Notes under the pieces: generated by a model
What the model saw: only the letters and a program-made list of their open reading frames with translations
The model's database searches: none
What the model was told of the DNA's origin: nothing
Made by a program: the position numbers and the translations under genes
Shown: one piece after another, positions 30,141-38,985 of the stretch
How the letters are laid out: every line of letters starts with the position of its first letter
Position numbering within the stretch: the stretch's first letter is position 1
DNA from: Deltaproteobacteria bacterium
GTDB taxonomy: Bacteria; Desulfobacterota; WTBG01; JAGOGO01
NCBI GenBank assembly: GCA_017996625.1
Contig: JAGOGO010000002.1
Span: forward strand, 1,017 to 65,016
Direction: 5' to 3'
DNA length: 64,000 bases

Positions 30141-31928
30141 TTAAAAGGCCTTGGGGGGCGATGAAGACAAGGCAAGCCGCAAGGACTCATCGCGGCCGTA
30201 AATGTCATTACGAAAATGAACTATCCCTTCACGTTCAGCCCATGCAGTCCAGTACAGAAGATGAACCGGCATGTCCTCCGGCAGGTCCACGATCCGCTCA
30301 ACATTTTTGTCCAGTGCTTCAACAAGCGCCTCTCGAGTCCACCGGGGGTCTTTCTGCAAGAGATACTCCGCCAATGCGAGCGGCTTTTCGATCCGAATAC
30401 ATCCGGAACTGAAAGCACGGCTGGACCTGTAAAAGAGATCTCTTGCCGGAGTATCATGCAGATATACGTTGTGCTGATTTGGGAACATGAACTTCATCCG
30501 CCCGAGAGCATTGAGGGGGCCAGGCTCCTGACGAAAACGGTACGCGAATCCCTCCGAGGTTACATCACACCAGTGAATTTCTCTTGGATCGAGCTCAATA
30601 GTTTCCTCTCCCCAACCAAGAAATACCTGAAAGTGCTGCTCCTGAAGATACCCCGGGTACTCACATTCCATAGGAACAATATCTTCCATGGCAACTATCT
30701 TGGGCACATGCCAGTATGGACAGAGTACCATATAGGTTATACGATCGCTGAATACCGGCGTCGGCCGGAAATTACGGCCGACGACCACGCGCATGGTCAT
30801 CACCGCCTCGCCCCCGTCGACCACCTGCAAATCGAAGTCGGCAATGTTGATAAGTATATAACGGTTCCCCAGATACTGAGGCAACCAGCGCCAGCGTTCG
30901 AGATTCAGAATCACCTGACGAATCCTTGACTCCACCGGAACATTGAGCGCCTCCAGGGTAGCCGGTCCGATTATACCGTCAACATCCAGCCCATGACGAT
31001 ACTGAAATGTTCGTACTGCCTCTTCCAGAATTTCGTCAAAAAAATCTTCTTGTTCATTCGTCTTACGGATGTCTCCGGAAACGATGAGACGATTACGCAA
31101 CGCTACGATCCGATCGCTGCATTCATTCTTGTGCAGCGTCGGTCCATCAGGCACCTGCGGCCAGCCGCCTTCCTGCGCGATGTGCCTGTACTGCTCAAGC
31201 GTCTTCCTAAGATACTGATATCCCGGATGGACAGGGAGGAGTGATTGCAGCGCTTGTTGTACGGTTCCGGTTTCGAGGGCCGTTTGCAGATGAGCAGGCA
31301 GATCCTTCTCGCGACGATGCACTTGCCACTCGGGATCAATGGTTTCCGGATTGACTCTGCCTGCGAGCAGGTGAGAGGCATAGGTCAGAAAAGCATCAGT
31401 GAGCAAAAGATCGAGTTCCACCATCATCTGCGGGTGAACAAGGTTGCCTGAAGACTGCACGTTTTCAACGTTTTTTCTCAGCTCCTGAATCTTGGCAAGA
31501 TGGTAGTCAGTCGGCTCGAGCCCCTCCTGAAAGGCAGCTTCAATCTCGGCAACAAGCGCCGGCACTGCCGTCGACAAGCCATGTGCGGTGCTCCATGCCG
31601 GCTGATAGGATCTTCGTTCATAAAAGAGCGGCAGCACTTCAGAAGAAAAGATACATTCAGTACCAACACAGATTTTCGGGGGCTTGCCCGCCGGCTCGAT
31701 CTGCCTGCGAAGAAGCTGAGCGGCGGTATCTTCAGCGTCTACAGTTGCTGGCACTTGGAGCATCACAGCACTGCAGACGAGAACGATAATAAGGAATAGT
31801 ATGGTGTATCCAGTCCCCCTCTGGGGGGACTGCTGTGATAGCAGCACTCTTCGAACCACTCTCTTCCCTCGCACTGAATCATGACCTGGAGCTGTGCGGC
31901 CTGCCGAATTCTGCTGATCATTCCGCAA
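30141..31928 (-). CDS. murein L,D-transpeptidase, YcbB/LdtD family (PG-binding domain plus YkuD catalytic domain)
   Basis: Peptidoglycan-binding repeat AVRTFQYRHGLDVDGIIGPATLEALN. YkuD active site HDTPARDLFYRSSRAFSSGCIRIE (His...Cys). Confidence 0.75.
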   Translation of the reverse strand: MRNDQQNSAGRTAPGHDSVRGKRVVRRVLLSQQSPQRGTGYTILFLIIVLVCSAVMLQVPATVDAEDTAAQLLRRQIEPAGKPPKICVGTECIFSSEVLPLFYERRSYQPAWSTAHGLSTAVPALVAEIEAAFQEGLEPTDYHLAKIQELRKNVENVQSSGNLVHPQMMVELDLLLTDAFLTYASHLLAGRVNPETIDPEWQVHRREKDLPAHLQTALETGTVQQALQSLLPVHPGYQYLRKTLEQYRHIAQEGGWPQVPDGPTLHKNECSDRIVALRNRLIVSGDIRKTNEQEDFFDEILEEAVRTFQYRHGLDVDGIIGPATLEALNVPVESRIRQVILNLERWRWLPQYLGNRYILINIADFDLQVVDGGEAVMTMRVVVGRNFRPTPVFSDRITYMVLCPYWHVPKIVAMEDIVPMECEYPGYLQEQHFQVFLGWGEETIELDPREIHWCDVTSEGFAYRFRQEPGPLNALGRMKFMFPNQHNVYLHDTPARDLFYRSSRAFSSGCIRIEKPLALAEYLLQKDPRWTREALVEALDKNVERIVDLPEDMPVHLLYWTAWAEREGIVHFRNDIYGRDESLRLALSSSPPKAF

Positions 31929-32577
31929 ACCACTTGTTCCCCTATCACATTCAATCGAACCATGGTTACTACATACTTAGCAGTGAATGGAACCACCTCA
32001 GTCTGCTTCACGTCCATGAATTCCGAAACAAACCGGCAAGGGGCAGGTACGCCTCTCCTTTACGGTTGTAACCGCGCTACCGGGGTCTAAGACAAAAACA
32101 TGCATCAGTAAGTTCTTGTCGGCAGTTTTTCCACCTAAGGCACCGGGCGGTCAGGCCGTGTTGACATTCGGCGACCATGAAAACGTAGCACGAATGAGAA
32201 GAAAAAGAAAAGCAAAAAGGAGAAGACAACCATTACAACCCATCGATAAAGAACACTAATTTTTATTTTCTCATTTTTTATAAATTATTTGTTAACGAGC
32301 CGGGCCACTCAGGATACCATCCGGCGTTGCTCATTATCCTCTAAGGTCTTCGGAAAGCATCCATAAAGAGGAAGCACTGTTCAAAGGTGCGACATTCAGG
32401 TTTTGAGACACCGATTGATCATCTGTTTTTTTGAGACAATATACCGCCGATTAACCGGGTCTAAGAACATCTTCAATCGTTGACAACTCTGCCAAGAGAC
32501 TTATTTTTTCACGCGGAGCACAAGAATCAGCGATCGTGTAAGAGAGGTAAAGGCACCAGCGTAAAGGATCATGAAAA

Positions 32578-32838
32578 ATGGGAAGGAAGAAAGCGATAAA
32601 GTCGAATGTTCTCGTTTGGTTGAGCATAGCGTGGGCAGCACTGATCATGATCGCAACGTTTCTCCCCGGTGATACGTTCCGATTTTCGAAAGCGATAACG
32701 TATCTTGTCTTGTCGTTGCCGCCTCTGATCGGTCTTGTCCTGATACTCTTTTCCCGGTCCTGCCCGCGCTGTGGACGATGGATGTCGTATTTCTGGAGAA
32801 AACGGCGCTGTGCGGTTTGCGGAACCGAGATTGGATAA
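32578..32838 (+). CDS. small membrane protein with C-terminal CxxC...CxxC zinc ribbon
   Basis: Two TM helices followed by CPRCGRW...CAVCG. Weak. Confidence 0.3.
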   Translation: MGRKKAIKSNVLVWLSIAWAALIMIATFLPGDTFRFSKAITYLVLSLPPLIGLVLILFSRSCPRCGRWMSYFWRKRRCAVCGTEIG

Positions 32839-32847
32839 GTGGATTGA

Positions 32848-35829
32848 TTAGAGCGTCTTTTCGCTTTCCGGCTTCAGTGACGTTATCTTTTTCACCCGTA
32901 TCGATATCGCCCCGAAAAGGTCTTCCACCACTCCGGTAAGCACCAGCGGCCGGGTGAAGCTGATCATCTGACAATACCTCTTGTAGGCTGCGGGGAAAAG
33001 CGTTGCTTCAAACGTAGCAGTCATATCTTCGAAGCTTACAAATTCCATCGGCTCACCGCTTTTCACAAAAACGCTTTTCGCCGCGACAGCCATACCTGCT
33101 ACCACAACGTTCTTTCCTACCTGCTCATGAAGTCTACATGCCGGAACGGGAGCGGGTTTGATCCGATCGATCTGATTACGGAAAAGCTGCAATGGATGAA
33201 AAGAAACCGGAAAGCCGAGTGCTTCAACCTCCTGTCGCTGTTTCACCTCTTCCGGAAGATCCCCGGTGGGAAACTCGGCCAGGTGTGCTTCCGAAAGCGC
33301 TCTGTGATCCTGGCCACTATGAGCGCGAATATACCAGGCCATTCCGATCCGGCCCAGTTTGCTGCTGAGCGAATCAAGGGCGCCGGCTTTGAGCAACAGC
33401 AGCGCATCCGGCTGCGTCGGCCGTACGCGCATCATAAAGTCGACAAAGCTCGTAAACTGCTGCTTCGCACGCTCTTCGAGGATACCTTCCCGGCAGAGCC
33501 ACGAAAGCCCTTTAATGGCAGACAATCCCACACGCAGCAGAGTTCCGCTGCCCGTATATCCATTATCACTTACAGCAACATCCGGAGAGAGTATCGTAAT
33601 TCCCATCCGGACAGCCTCGGAAATATACGCCCGAGGCGCATAAAAGCCTCCACCATTGCTCAGCACTGCGGCGATAAATTCACTTGGAAACCGGCTTTTC
33701 AGATACGCTGCCTTGAAGCTTACCAGAGCATAGCTGGCTGAATGAGGTTTGCAGAATGAATAACCGGAGAAGGAGCTAATCATTTCCCAAAGCGCATCAA
33801 TGACGGACCGTGAAACTCCTCGGCCAGAGGCTCCTCGATAGAACCGTTCTTTCTGATCCGAAACACGATTCCTGATTCGTCCCGTAACGATCCTGCGAAA
33901 CATATCCGCCTCTGCTTCGCTGAAGCCTGCAATCATCATCGCGATCCGGGCAATATCCTCCTGGTACACCATCACGCCAAATGTTTCCGCAAGAATCTCT
34001 TCTATAGCGGGATGAAGCGGCTTCCAGGCGCCCCCCTTAAGACGGCGCACATATTCGAGAATAAACCGGTTGGCAGCCGGCCGGATGATTGAGGAAAGTG
34101 CAATCAGGTGGTGGTAATCGCCCTGGTCTGCCATGCGTAAGAGCCGTCGCATGGCCGGAGACTCAACATAGAACACACCCATGGTTTGGCCGCTGCGAAT
34201 CAACTCCTGGGTTGCATGGTCATGCAACGGGTTGAACTGATCGTAGGAGATACTGATACCGTACTGGTTCTTGATCGCCTCCAGCGTATCCCGGATCACA
34301 GCCAACGTGCGGTTACCGAGCAGGTCCATTTTTACTAATCCGCGATCCTCAGCACCATCCTTGTCCCATTGAATCAAAGGAACACGCTTTGCCGAAACCT
34401 GTACCGGAACGTGACGTGCAAGTGCATCAGGCGTAACGACAATGCCGCCGCAGTGTGTTCCCAGGTGTCGGGGAACACCCTCCAGACGGCTAGCCCAGGC
34501 AAAAATTGAAGGCCACGGCTCGGGAAGCTCAAAGCCGGCAAACAGCGGATGTTCCTGTACCCGATGGACAATTTCGGTAGCCGGTGCATAGCTTGAAAGC
34601 CGGCGCGTTACTTTTCTGATCTCGTGGTCCGGCATCCCGAAGACTTTTGCTACTTCGCATACCGCTGCCCGGGAGCGAAAGCCGGTCACGGTGGCTACCG
34701 CAGCCACATGCTCTTCACCGAAACGTCTGCGCACATACGTAACCACCTGGTCGCGTTCATCCCACGGAAAGTCTACATCGATATCCGGAAGATCACTTCG
34801 ACCCTCGTTGAGGAAGCGGGAAAAGAGCAGATTGTGCTCGATCGGGTCTACATGAGTGATGCCCAGGCAGTAGCTCACCAGTGATGCGGCTGCCGACCCC
34901 CGACCACAGGTAATGGGAAACCTGCTGACGATATCAGCGACAATGAGAAAGTATCCGGCAAAGCCCTTAGCGCAGATCAGGTCAAGCTCCTGGTTCAGAC
35001 GGTCGATAGCCTTCTGACATGGACTTCCGTAGCGTTTTTTGAGGCCTTCGTGACAGTGCACACGTAACGCATCAGCGCTGCATATGCTTCCTTCCCATTC
35101 AGGAAATACTTCACCATCCGTCTCCCACGCTTGCTGAAGAGTCTCGGCGATCCGCACCGTGTTCTCAAGTGCTTCCGGAGCATAGGGAAAATGACGGCTC
35201 ATAGCCTCCGGGTCCTTGAGCCAGGCGTGAGGCAGTGCACATTCATCCGGAGAAATAAGATCGAGGGTGGTATTACGATTGATTGCCCGCAGCATCCGGT
35301 GCAGTTCCCGATCACCAGCATCGAGAAAATATACGGCACCCGTAGCAATTGCCGGAATGCCTAATCGTCGGGCTGCCTTGAACGTTGCCAGGCTGCCCGC
35401 GTCCGGCACCAGTTCGACAAACATGTCTTCGGCATCCTGCAAAGCACTAAGCAGCGACAGATCCGGTGAAAGCAGAACGCAGTTCGAAAATCCCTGTTTG
35501 AGTTCATCAAGGAGTGAAAAAGAACCGGTGTGATGATGCAGCTTCGTCAACAGGCGACACATACATTGATAGCCTTGGGCGTTTTTTGCCAGAAGGACCG
35601 CCCGGCTATCAGAAGTGCATACATGCGCTCCTACCAACGGCATGAGGTCATACTGCTTTGCCGCAGAAAGAAATTCCGGCAGACCGTATAATCCGTTGGT
35701 ATCAGTGAGCGCCAGCGCCTCATAGCCTAACTCCTTCGCCCGGCGGCAGAGAGCGTCCGGTGACGCGGTCCCGGCCATGAACGTGTAATAGGAGTGGACA
35801 TGGAGATGAATAAACCGTTGACCGTGCAT
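32848..35829 (-). CDS. dnaE2: error-prone DNA polymerase III alpha-type subunit (DnaE2/ImuC)
   Basis: 993 aa, shorter than replicative DnaE. PHP domain start FIHLHVHSYYTFMAG, then Pol3 alpha core and OB fold. Sits downstream of imuB and lexA. Confidence 0.8.
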   Translation of the reverse strand: MHGQRFIHLHVHSYYTFMAGTASPDALCRRAKELGYEALALTDTNGLYGLPEFLSAAKQYDLMPLVGAHVCTSDSRAVLLAKNAQGYQCMCRLLTKLHHHTGSFSLLDELKQGFSNCVLLSPDLSLLSALQDAEDMFVELVPDAGSLATFKAARRLGIPAIATGAVYFLDAGDRELHRMLRAINRNTTLDLISPDECALPHAWLKDPEAMSRHFPYAPEALENTVRIAETLQQAWETDGEVFPEWEGSICSADALRVHCHEGLKKRYGSPCQKAIDRLNQELDLICAKGFAGYFLIVADIVSRFPITCGRGSAAASLVSYCLGITHVDPIEHNLLFSRFLNEGRSDLPDIDVDFPWDERDQVVTYVRRRFGEEHVAAVATVTGFRSRAAVCEVAKVFGMPDHEIRKVTRRLSSYAPATEIVHRVQEHPLFAGFELPEPWPSIFAWASRLEGVPRHLGTHCGGIVVTPDALARHVPVQVSAKRVPLIQWDKDGAEDRGLVKMDLLGNRTLAVIRDTLEAIKNQYGISISYDQFNPLHDHATQELIRSGQTMGVFYVESPAMRRLLRMADQGDYHHLIALSSIIRPAANRFILEYVRRLKGGAWKPLHPAIEEILAETFGVMVYQEDIARIAMMIAGFSEAEADMFRRIVTGRIRNRVSDQKERFYRGASGRGVSRSVIDALWEMISSFSGYSFCKPHSASYALVSFKAAYLKSRFPSEFIAAVLSNGGGFYAPRAYISEAVRMGITILSPDVAVSDNGYTGSGTLLRVGLSAIKGLSWLCREGILEERAKQQFTSFVDFMMRVRPTQPDALLLLKAGALDSLSSKLGRIGMAWYIRAHSGQDHRALSEAHLAEFPTGDLPEEVKQRQEVEALGFPVSFHPLQLFRNQIDRIKPAPVPACRLHEQVGKNVVVAGMAVAAKSVFVKSGEPMEFVSFEDMTATFEATLFPAAYKRYCQMISFTRPLVLTGVVEDLFGAISIRVKKITSLKPESEKTL

Positions 35830-35874
35830 ATACTGCGCGTTTACTGTTATCCGTTTACGTGCTGCGCGTTAAAA

Positions 35875-36209
35875 GTTGACCGTTGACCGTTCACCGACTT
35901 AGGCGCAGTGCTGATGCTTTGGCCAAAAGGCGGTATACGTGATAGTCCGTCATGCCCGCGCAGGCGGGCATCCAGGATATACAGATACTTCTATGAGTAC
36001 CTCGCGTTCCTTGAAACAAGAAAGATGATCTTTTACAACTTCATTGCAAATTCTAAATGTGGTGAAGTCGCAAGAGCCCTATTCCTGAAAAGATTTAGCT
36101 TTCGTGCGCTGCTGAAAGCACTGGATGCCCGCCTTCGCGGGCATGACATGCTGGCTCTTGCTGATAGCACCCTTGTCGGTGAACGGTGAACGGACAACGG
36201 TGAACGCAG
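35875..36209. repeat. MITE-like element inserted between imuB and dnaE2: inverted pair of family 1 hairpins (35949-35975 and 36121-36147) flanked by family 4 GGTGAACGG repeats (35875-35898, 36178-36209)
   Basis: GTCATGCCCGCGCAGGCGGGCATCCAG and CTGGATGCCCGCCTTCGCGGGCATGAC are inverted copies. Relative to 3129-3155 the stem carries compensatory T>G and A>C changes that preserve pairing. The internal 93 aa ORF at 35908..36189 is probably not coding. Confidence 0.8.
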
Positions 36210-36214
36210 AACCA

Positions 36215-37381
36215 TTAGCTAATCGTTCTGCCAAACGCCAGCGCTTTCGTCCCGAATCGTTCCCGTATCTGATCCACAGCCGCCATCAGGGCACGGGCTT
36301 TCGCGTGTCCGATATTCTGAGGGAAAAGGGTAAGCTGTGGAAACGGCATCACGAGGCCGGATACGGACACTATTAGCTCCTTGATCCGTACCCGGCGCTT
36401 TCTGATCCGCTCCAGGAGCAGTGCTGCTTTGAAAAAAAGCTGCCAGTCCAGATCATCGTCCTGCTCGCCGAGAACAGATGCTCCACCTGCCTGCATGCCA
36501 TCAAGATAGGCGAGTTTCAGAGTCAATCGTGTCGAAAGCCGATTTCGCTTTCTCAACTCGCGTCCAATCTTTTCACACAAGATGAACAGTTCGGCCTGAA
36601 GCTCATGCCGCCGGTTCTCCCCTTCCGGGAGGGAAGCGGCAGCGGTGATGGATATGGTTTTCTCCGGAGGCACAACCGCCTCGCGATCTTCCCCGCGAGC
36701 AATGCGAGCCAGGGCTTCTCCTTCAGCACCGAACACCCGGCTCAAGAGCAGCGGCGGAATTTCCGCCAGACGACCGATAGTGCACACTCCCAGTTCAGTA
36801 CACAGCAGATCGCAAGTGTCATCTCCCAGCCGGGGGATGGCGTTCAGATGCAAAGGAAAAAGAAACCGCTGCTCCTCTCCCGGCAGCACTGAGCATACAT
36901 CCCGGGGCCGGGAGAGGCTGCCTGCCACACTGCTCACCAGTTTGTTAGCCGCAAGGCCGATCTGCGGCAGCAGGCCGGCAGCAGTCATCACCTCATTACG
37001 TACTTTCACAGCCGCATCTGCACCTGCACCCCATAAAAGCCGCGTCCCGGTGAGATCGAGGAAAAAGGTTCCCCACCCAGAGGGTTCCACCAGAGGCGTA
37101 AACCGCTCCAGGAGCGAAAGCACGACTGACTGCCCGGTACGGTAAAGCGGAATATCCGGCGGCACCAGGAGCAGAGACCGGCATGATTTCCGCGCCTGAG
37201 CAGTGGACATGCCGGTATGGACGCCTTCACGGTGCGCCTCTCTGGAAATCTCCAAGACCTTTCCCTGGGCACTCTGCTCGGCTACAACCACCGGCCGTCC
37301 TCGCAGAGCAGTATCCCGATCTGCCATCAGGCTGATACAGAAATGAGGTATGTGGAAATTGACGATCGACCGATCTGTCAT
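36215..37381 (-). CDS. imuB: ImuB-like Y-family polymerase paralogue
   Basis: 388 aa with Y-family palm/finger-like N-terminus (LLLVPPDIPLYRTGQ...FFLDLTGT). Position between lexA and dnaE2 is the canonical mutagenesis-cassette context. Confidence 0.7.
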   Translation of the reverse strand: MTDRSIVNFHIPHFCISLMADRDTALRGRPVVVAEQSAQGKVLEISREAHREGVHTGMSTAQARKSCRSLLLVPPDIPLYRTGQSVVLSLLERFTPLVEPSGWGTFFLDLTGTRLLWGAGADAAVKVRNEVMTAAGLLPQIGLAANKLVSSVAGSLSRPRDVCSVLPGEEQRFLFPLHLNAIPRLGDDTCDLLCTELGVCTIGRLAEIPPLLLSRVFGAEGEALARIARGEDREAVVPPEKTISITAAASLPEGENRRHELQAELFILCEKIGRELRKRNRLSTRLTLKLAYLDGMQAGGASVLGEQDDDLDWQLFFKAALLLERIRKRRVRIKELIVSVSGLVMPFPQLTLFPQNIGHAKARALMAAVDQIRERFGTKALAFGRTIS

Positions 37382-37523
37382 ACACGAACTATTCGATTTG
37401 GGAAAATGCTGGAATGGGAAAATGGTTAAAGGTCTACAGGCAAGGACACCGTAGGAGATCTTCCATTATTCCAATTCCCTAATTCCCCAATCAACCAATT
37501 TTCCATTTTCTCATCCTTTCGTT

Positions 37524-38126
37524 TCACGGCGTGTATTTCCTATAGAGCCCTACCACCACTCCCACAATGCTCACCCGTTCGGCATCCACTACGAGCGGTA
37601 CGAAGTGTTCATTGGCCGGCCGGAGCGTAACGGTTGCGTCATTCCGGAAGAAGCGTTTTACAGTTGCTTCCCCGTCTACAAGTGCTACTACGGTCTGGCC
37701 GGTTTCCGCATAATCCTGCTTGCGCACGATGAGCACATCGTCCTCACGAATCCCTTCATCAATCATCGACTGCCCTTCTACCGTGAGGGCAAACGTTTCC
37801 TTTCCGGTCAGAAGCCATTCCGGAACATCTATCTCGTCAGCCACTTCCACTGGCTCGATCGGCTTTCCGGCAGCTACACGACCAAAAAGGGGAATGCGTA
37901 CTGCATTGGATTTGAGAGGAATAAGCTCTAAGGCCCGCTTCCGGTTTCCCCAGGGACTCTGCAGACACCCTTTCCGTTCGAGCTGCTTCAGCTGTTTTGC
38001 TACTGCATTGAGTGACTGCACGCCGAGAGCTTCCCGGATTTCTTCGTAGGAAGGCGGCCTTCCGTTCTTATCTATAAAAATCTTAATAAACTGGTAGGTT
38101 TCTTTCTGCTTTGCGGTAAGATACAT
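37524..38126 (-). CDS. lexA: LexA repressor (S24 peptidase)
   Basis: wHTH N-terminus, Ala-Gly cleavage site in RVAAGKPIEP, catalytic Ser (GQSMID) and Lys (TVKRF). Confidence 0.9.
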   Translation of the reverse strand: MYLTAKQKETYQFIKIFIDKNGRPPSYEEIREALGVQSLNAVAKQLKQLERKGCLQSPWGNRKRALELIPLKSNAVRIPLFGRVAAGKPIEPVEVADEIDVPEWLLTGKETFALTVEGQSMIDEGIREDDVLIVRKQDYAETGQTVVALVDGEATVKRFFRNDATVTLRPANEHFVPLVVDAERVSIVGVVVGLYRKYTP

Positions 38127-38149
38127 GGACGGCTCCTTTTGGTTTCAGA

Positions 38150-38185
38150 ATAGGTGAAAGTAAGGTGAAAGTAAAGCGGAAACAT
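38150..38185. promoter_or_regulatory. tandem direct repeat TTACTTTCACC x2 in the lexA upstream region (candidate operator, speculative)
   Basis: In lexA orientation: gctTTACTTTCACCTTACTTTCACCtattctgaaaccaaaaGGAGccgtccATG. This gives TTCAC-N6-TTCAC spacing 20-45 nt upstream of the start. Confidence 0.2.
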
Positions 38186-38227
38186 TCCCATTTTGAAAAT
38201 TTTTTCGTGTTACATTAAAATAGTGGC

Positions 38228-38458
38228 ATGAAAAACGTAATTATTACATTAGACGAGCAGGTTGCCTTGCGGGCCCGGATCAAAGCTGTAGAAAGAAACG
38301 TAAGCCTTTCGAGACTGGTTGGAGAACTATTGCATAAAAAAATGCTCGAGGAAGAGCAGTACCAGACTTTAATGCAATACTACCTGTCCCAGCCGCTTCA
38401 GCCTTTGAAAGCACCAGGGACATCATATCCCGACCGCGACGAACTCTATGACCGTTAG
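38228..38458 (+). CDS. ribbon-helix-helix antitoxin (VapB-like)
   Basis: MKNVIITLDEQVALRARIKAVERNVSLSRLVGELL is a beta-strand followed by two helices typical of RHH antitoxins. The stop overlaps the downstream PIN remnant. Confidence 0.5.
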   Translation: MKNVIITLDEQVALRARIKAVERNVSLSRLVGELLHKKMLEEEQYQTLMQYYLSQPLQPLKAPGTSYPDRDELYDR

Positions 38459-38540
38459 AATTTTCGTCGATACGAATATTCTGGTATACGCGCGGGACAC
38501 ATCCGAACCGGACGAGCTGAAGCAGGCGCAGGATAAAAAG
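38446..38540 (+). pseudogene. truncated VapC/PIN-domain toxin remnant (31 aa)
   Basis: MTVRIFVDTNILVYARDTSEPDE... is the conserved PIN N-terminal strand with catalytic Asp, then stops after 31 codons. Confidence 0.4.
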
Positions 38541-38598
38541 CACGATTGAGGATTGACAAAAGCATCCAGAAAATCTATAAACTACCGTACAAATAATA

Positions 38599-38684
38599 CG
38601 CCGGAGTGGTGAAACTGGTAGACGCAGGGGACTCAAAATCCCCCGGCCCTTGCGGCCATGTCGGTTCGATTCCGACCTCCGGCA
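38599..38684 (+). tRNA. tRNA-Leu (anticodon CAA), 86 nt, class II
   Basis: GCCGGAG TG GTGAAACTGGTAGACGC AGGGGA CUCAAAA UCCCC + long variable arm GGCCCTTGCGGCCATGTC + GGTTCGATTCCGACC TCCGGC A. The left boundary of the downstream defence island abuts its 3' end. Confidence 0.8.
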
Positions 38685-38985
38685 TAACAAAATCAATAGG
38701 TTATCACTGAGCGTGATAGCCTTTTTTTGTGGCTACTCCTCATTGTTAGCCGATTGGTTAGCCAAGTTTCCAAAAATAGTCGAGGGTCGGACCACGATAC
38801 GCACTTGCGATACAAGAAGAATCGCTCTAAAACAGGGCTATTTTGAGCCTTAGACCTGTGTTTTTGACCTTGGAAATGTCATTTTAAGATGGACGACTCT
38901 GCCTCACGAGCGTGGACTAGGACGTGGAAGGGAGGTGGGGCGAAGAGCATAGCTTGATCCGATCCCAGAATTATTCCCCCACTGA

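Noticed and set aside
30216-30929. 237 aa plus-strand ORF
   Set aside because: It is antisense to the L,D-transpeptidase gene, which has clear PG-binding and YkuD motifs.
35908-36189. 93 aa ORF between imuB and dnaE2
   Set aside because: It is composed of MITE repeat sequence, with inverted family 1 hairpins at both ends, so it is unlikely to be a gene.
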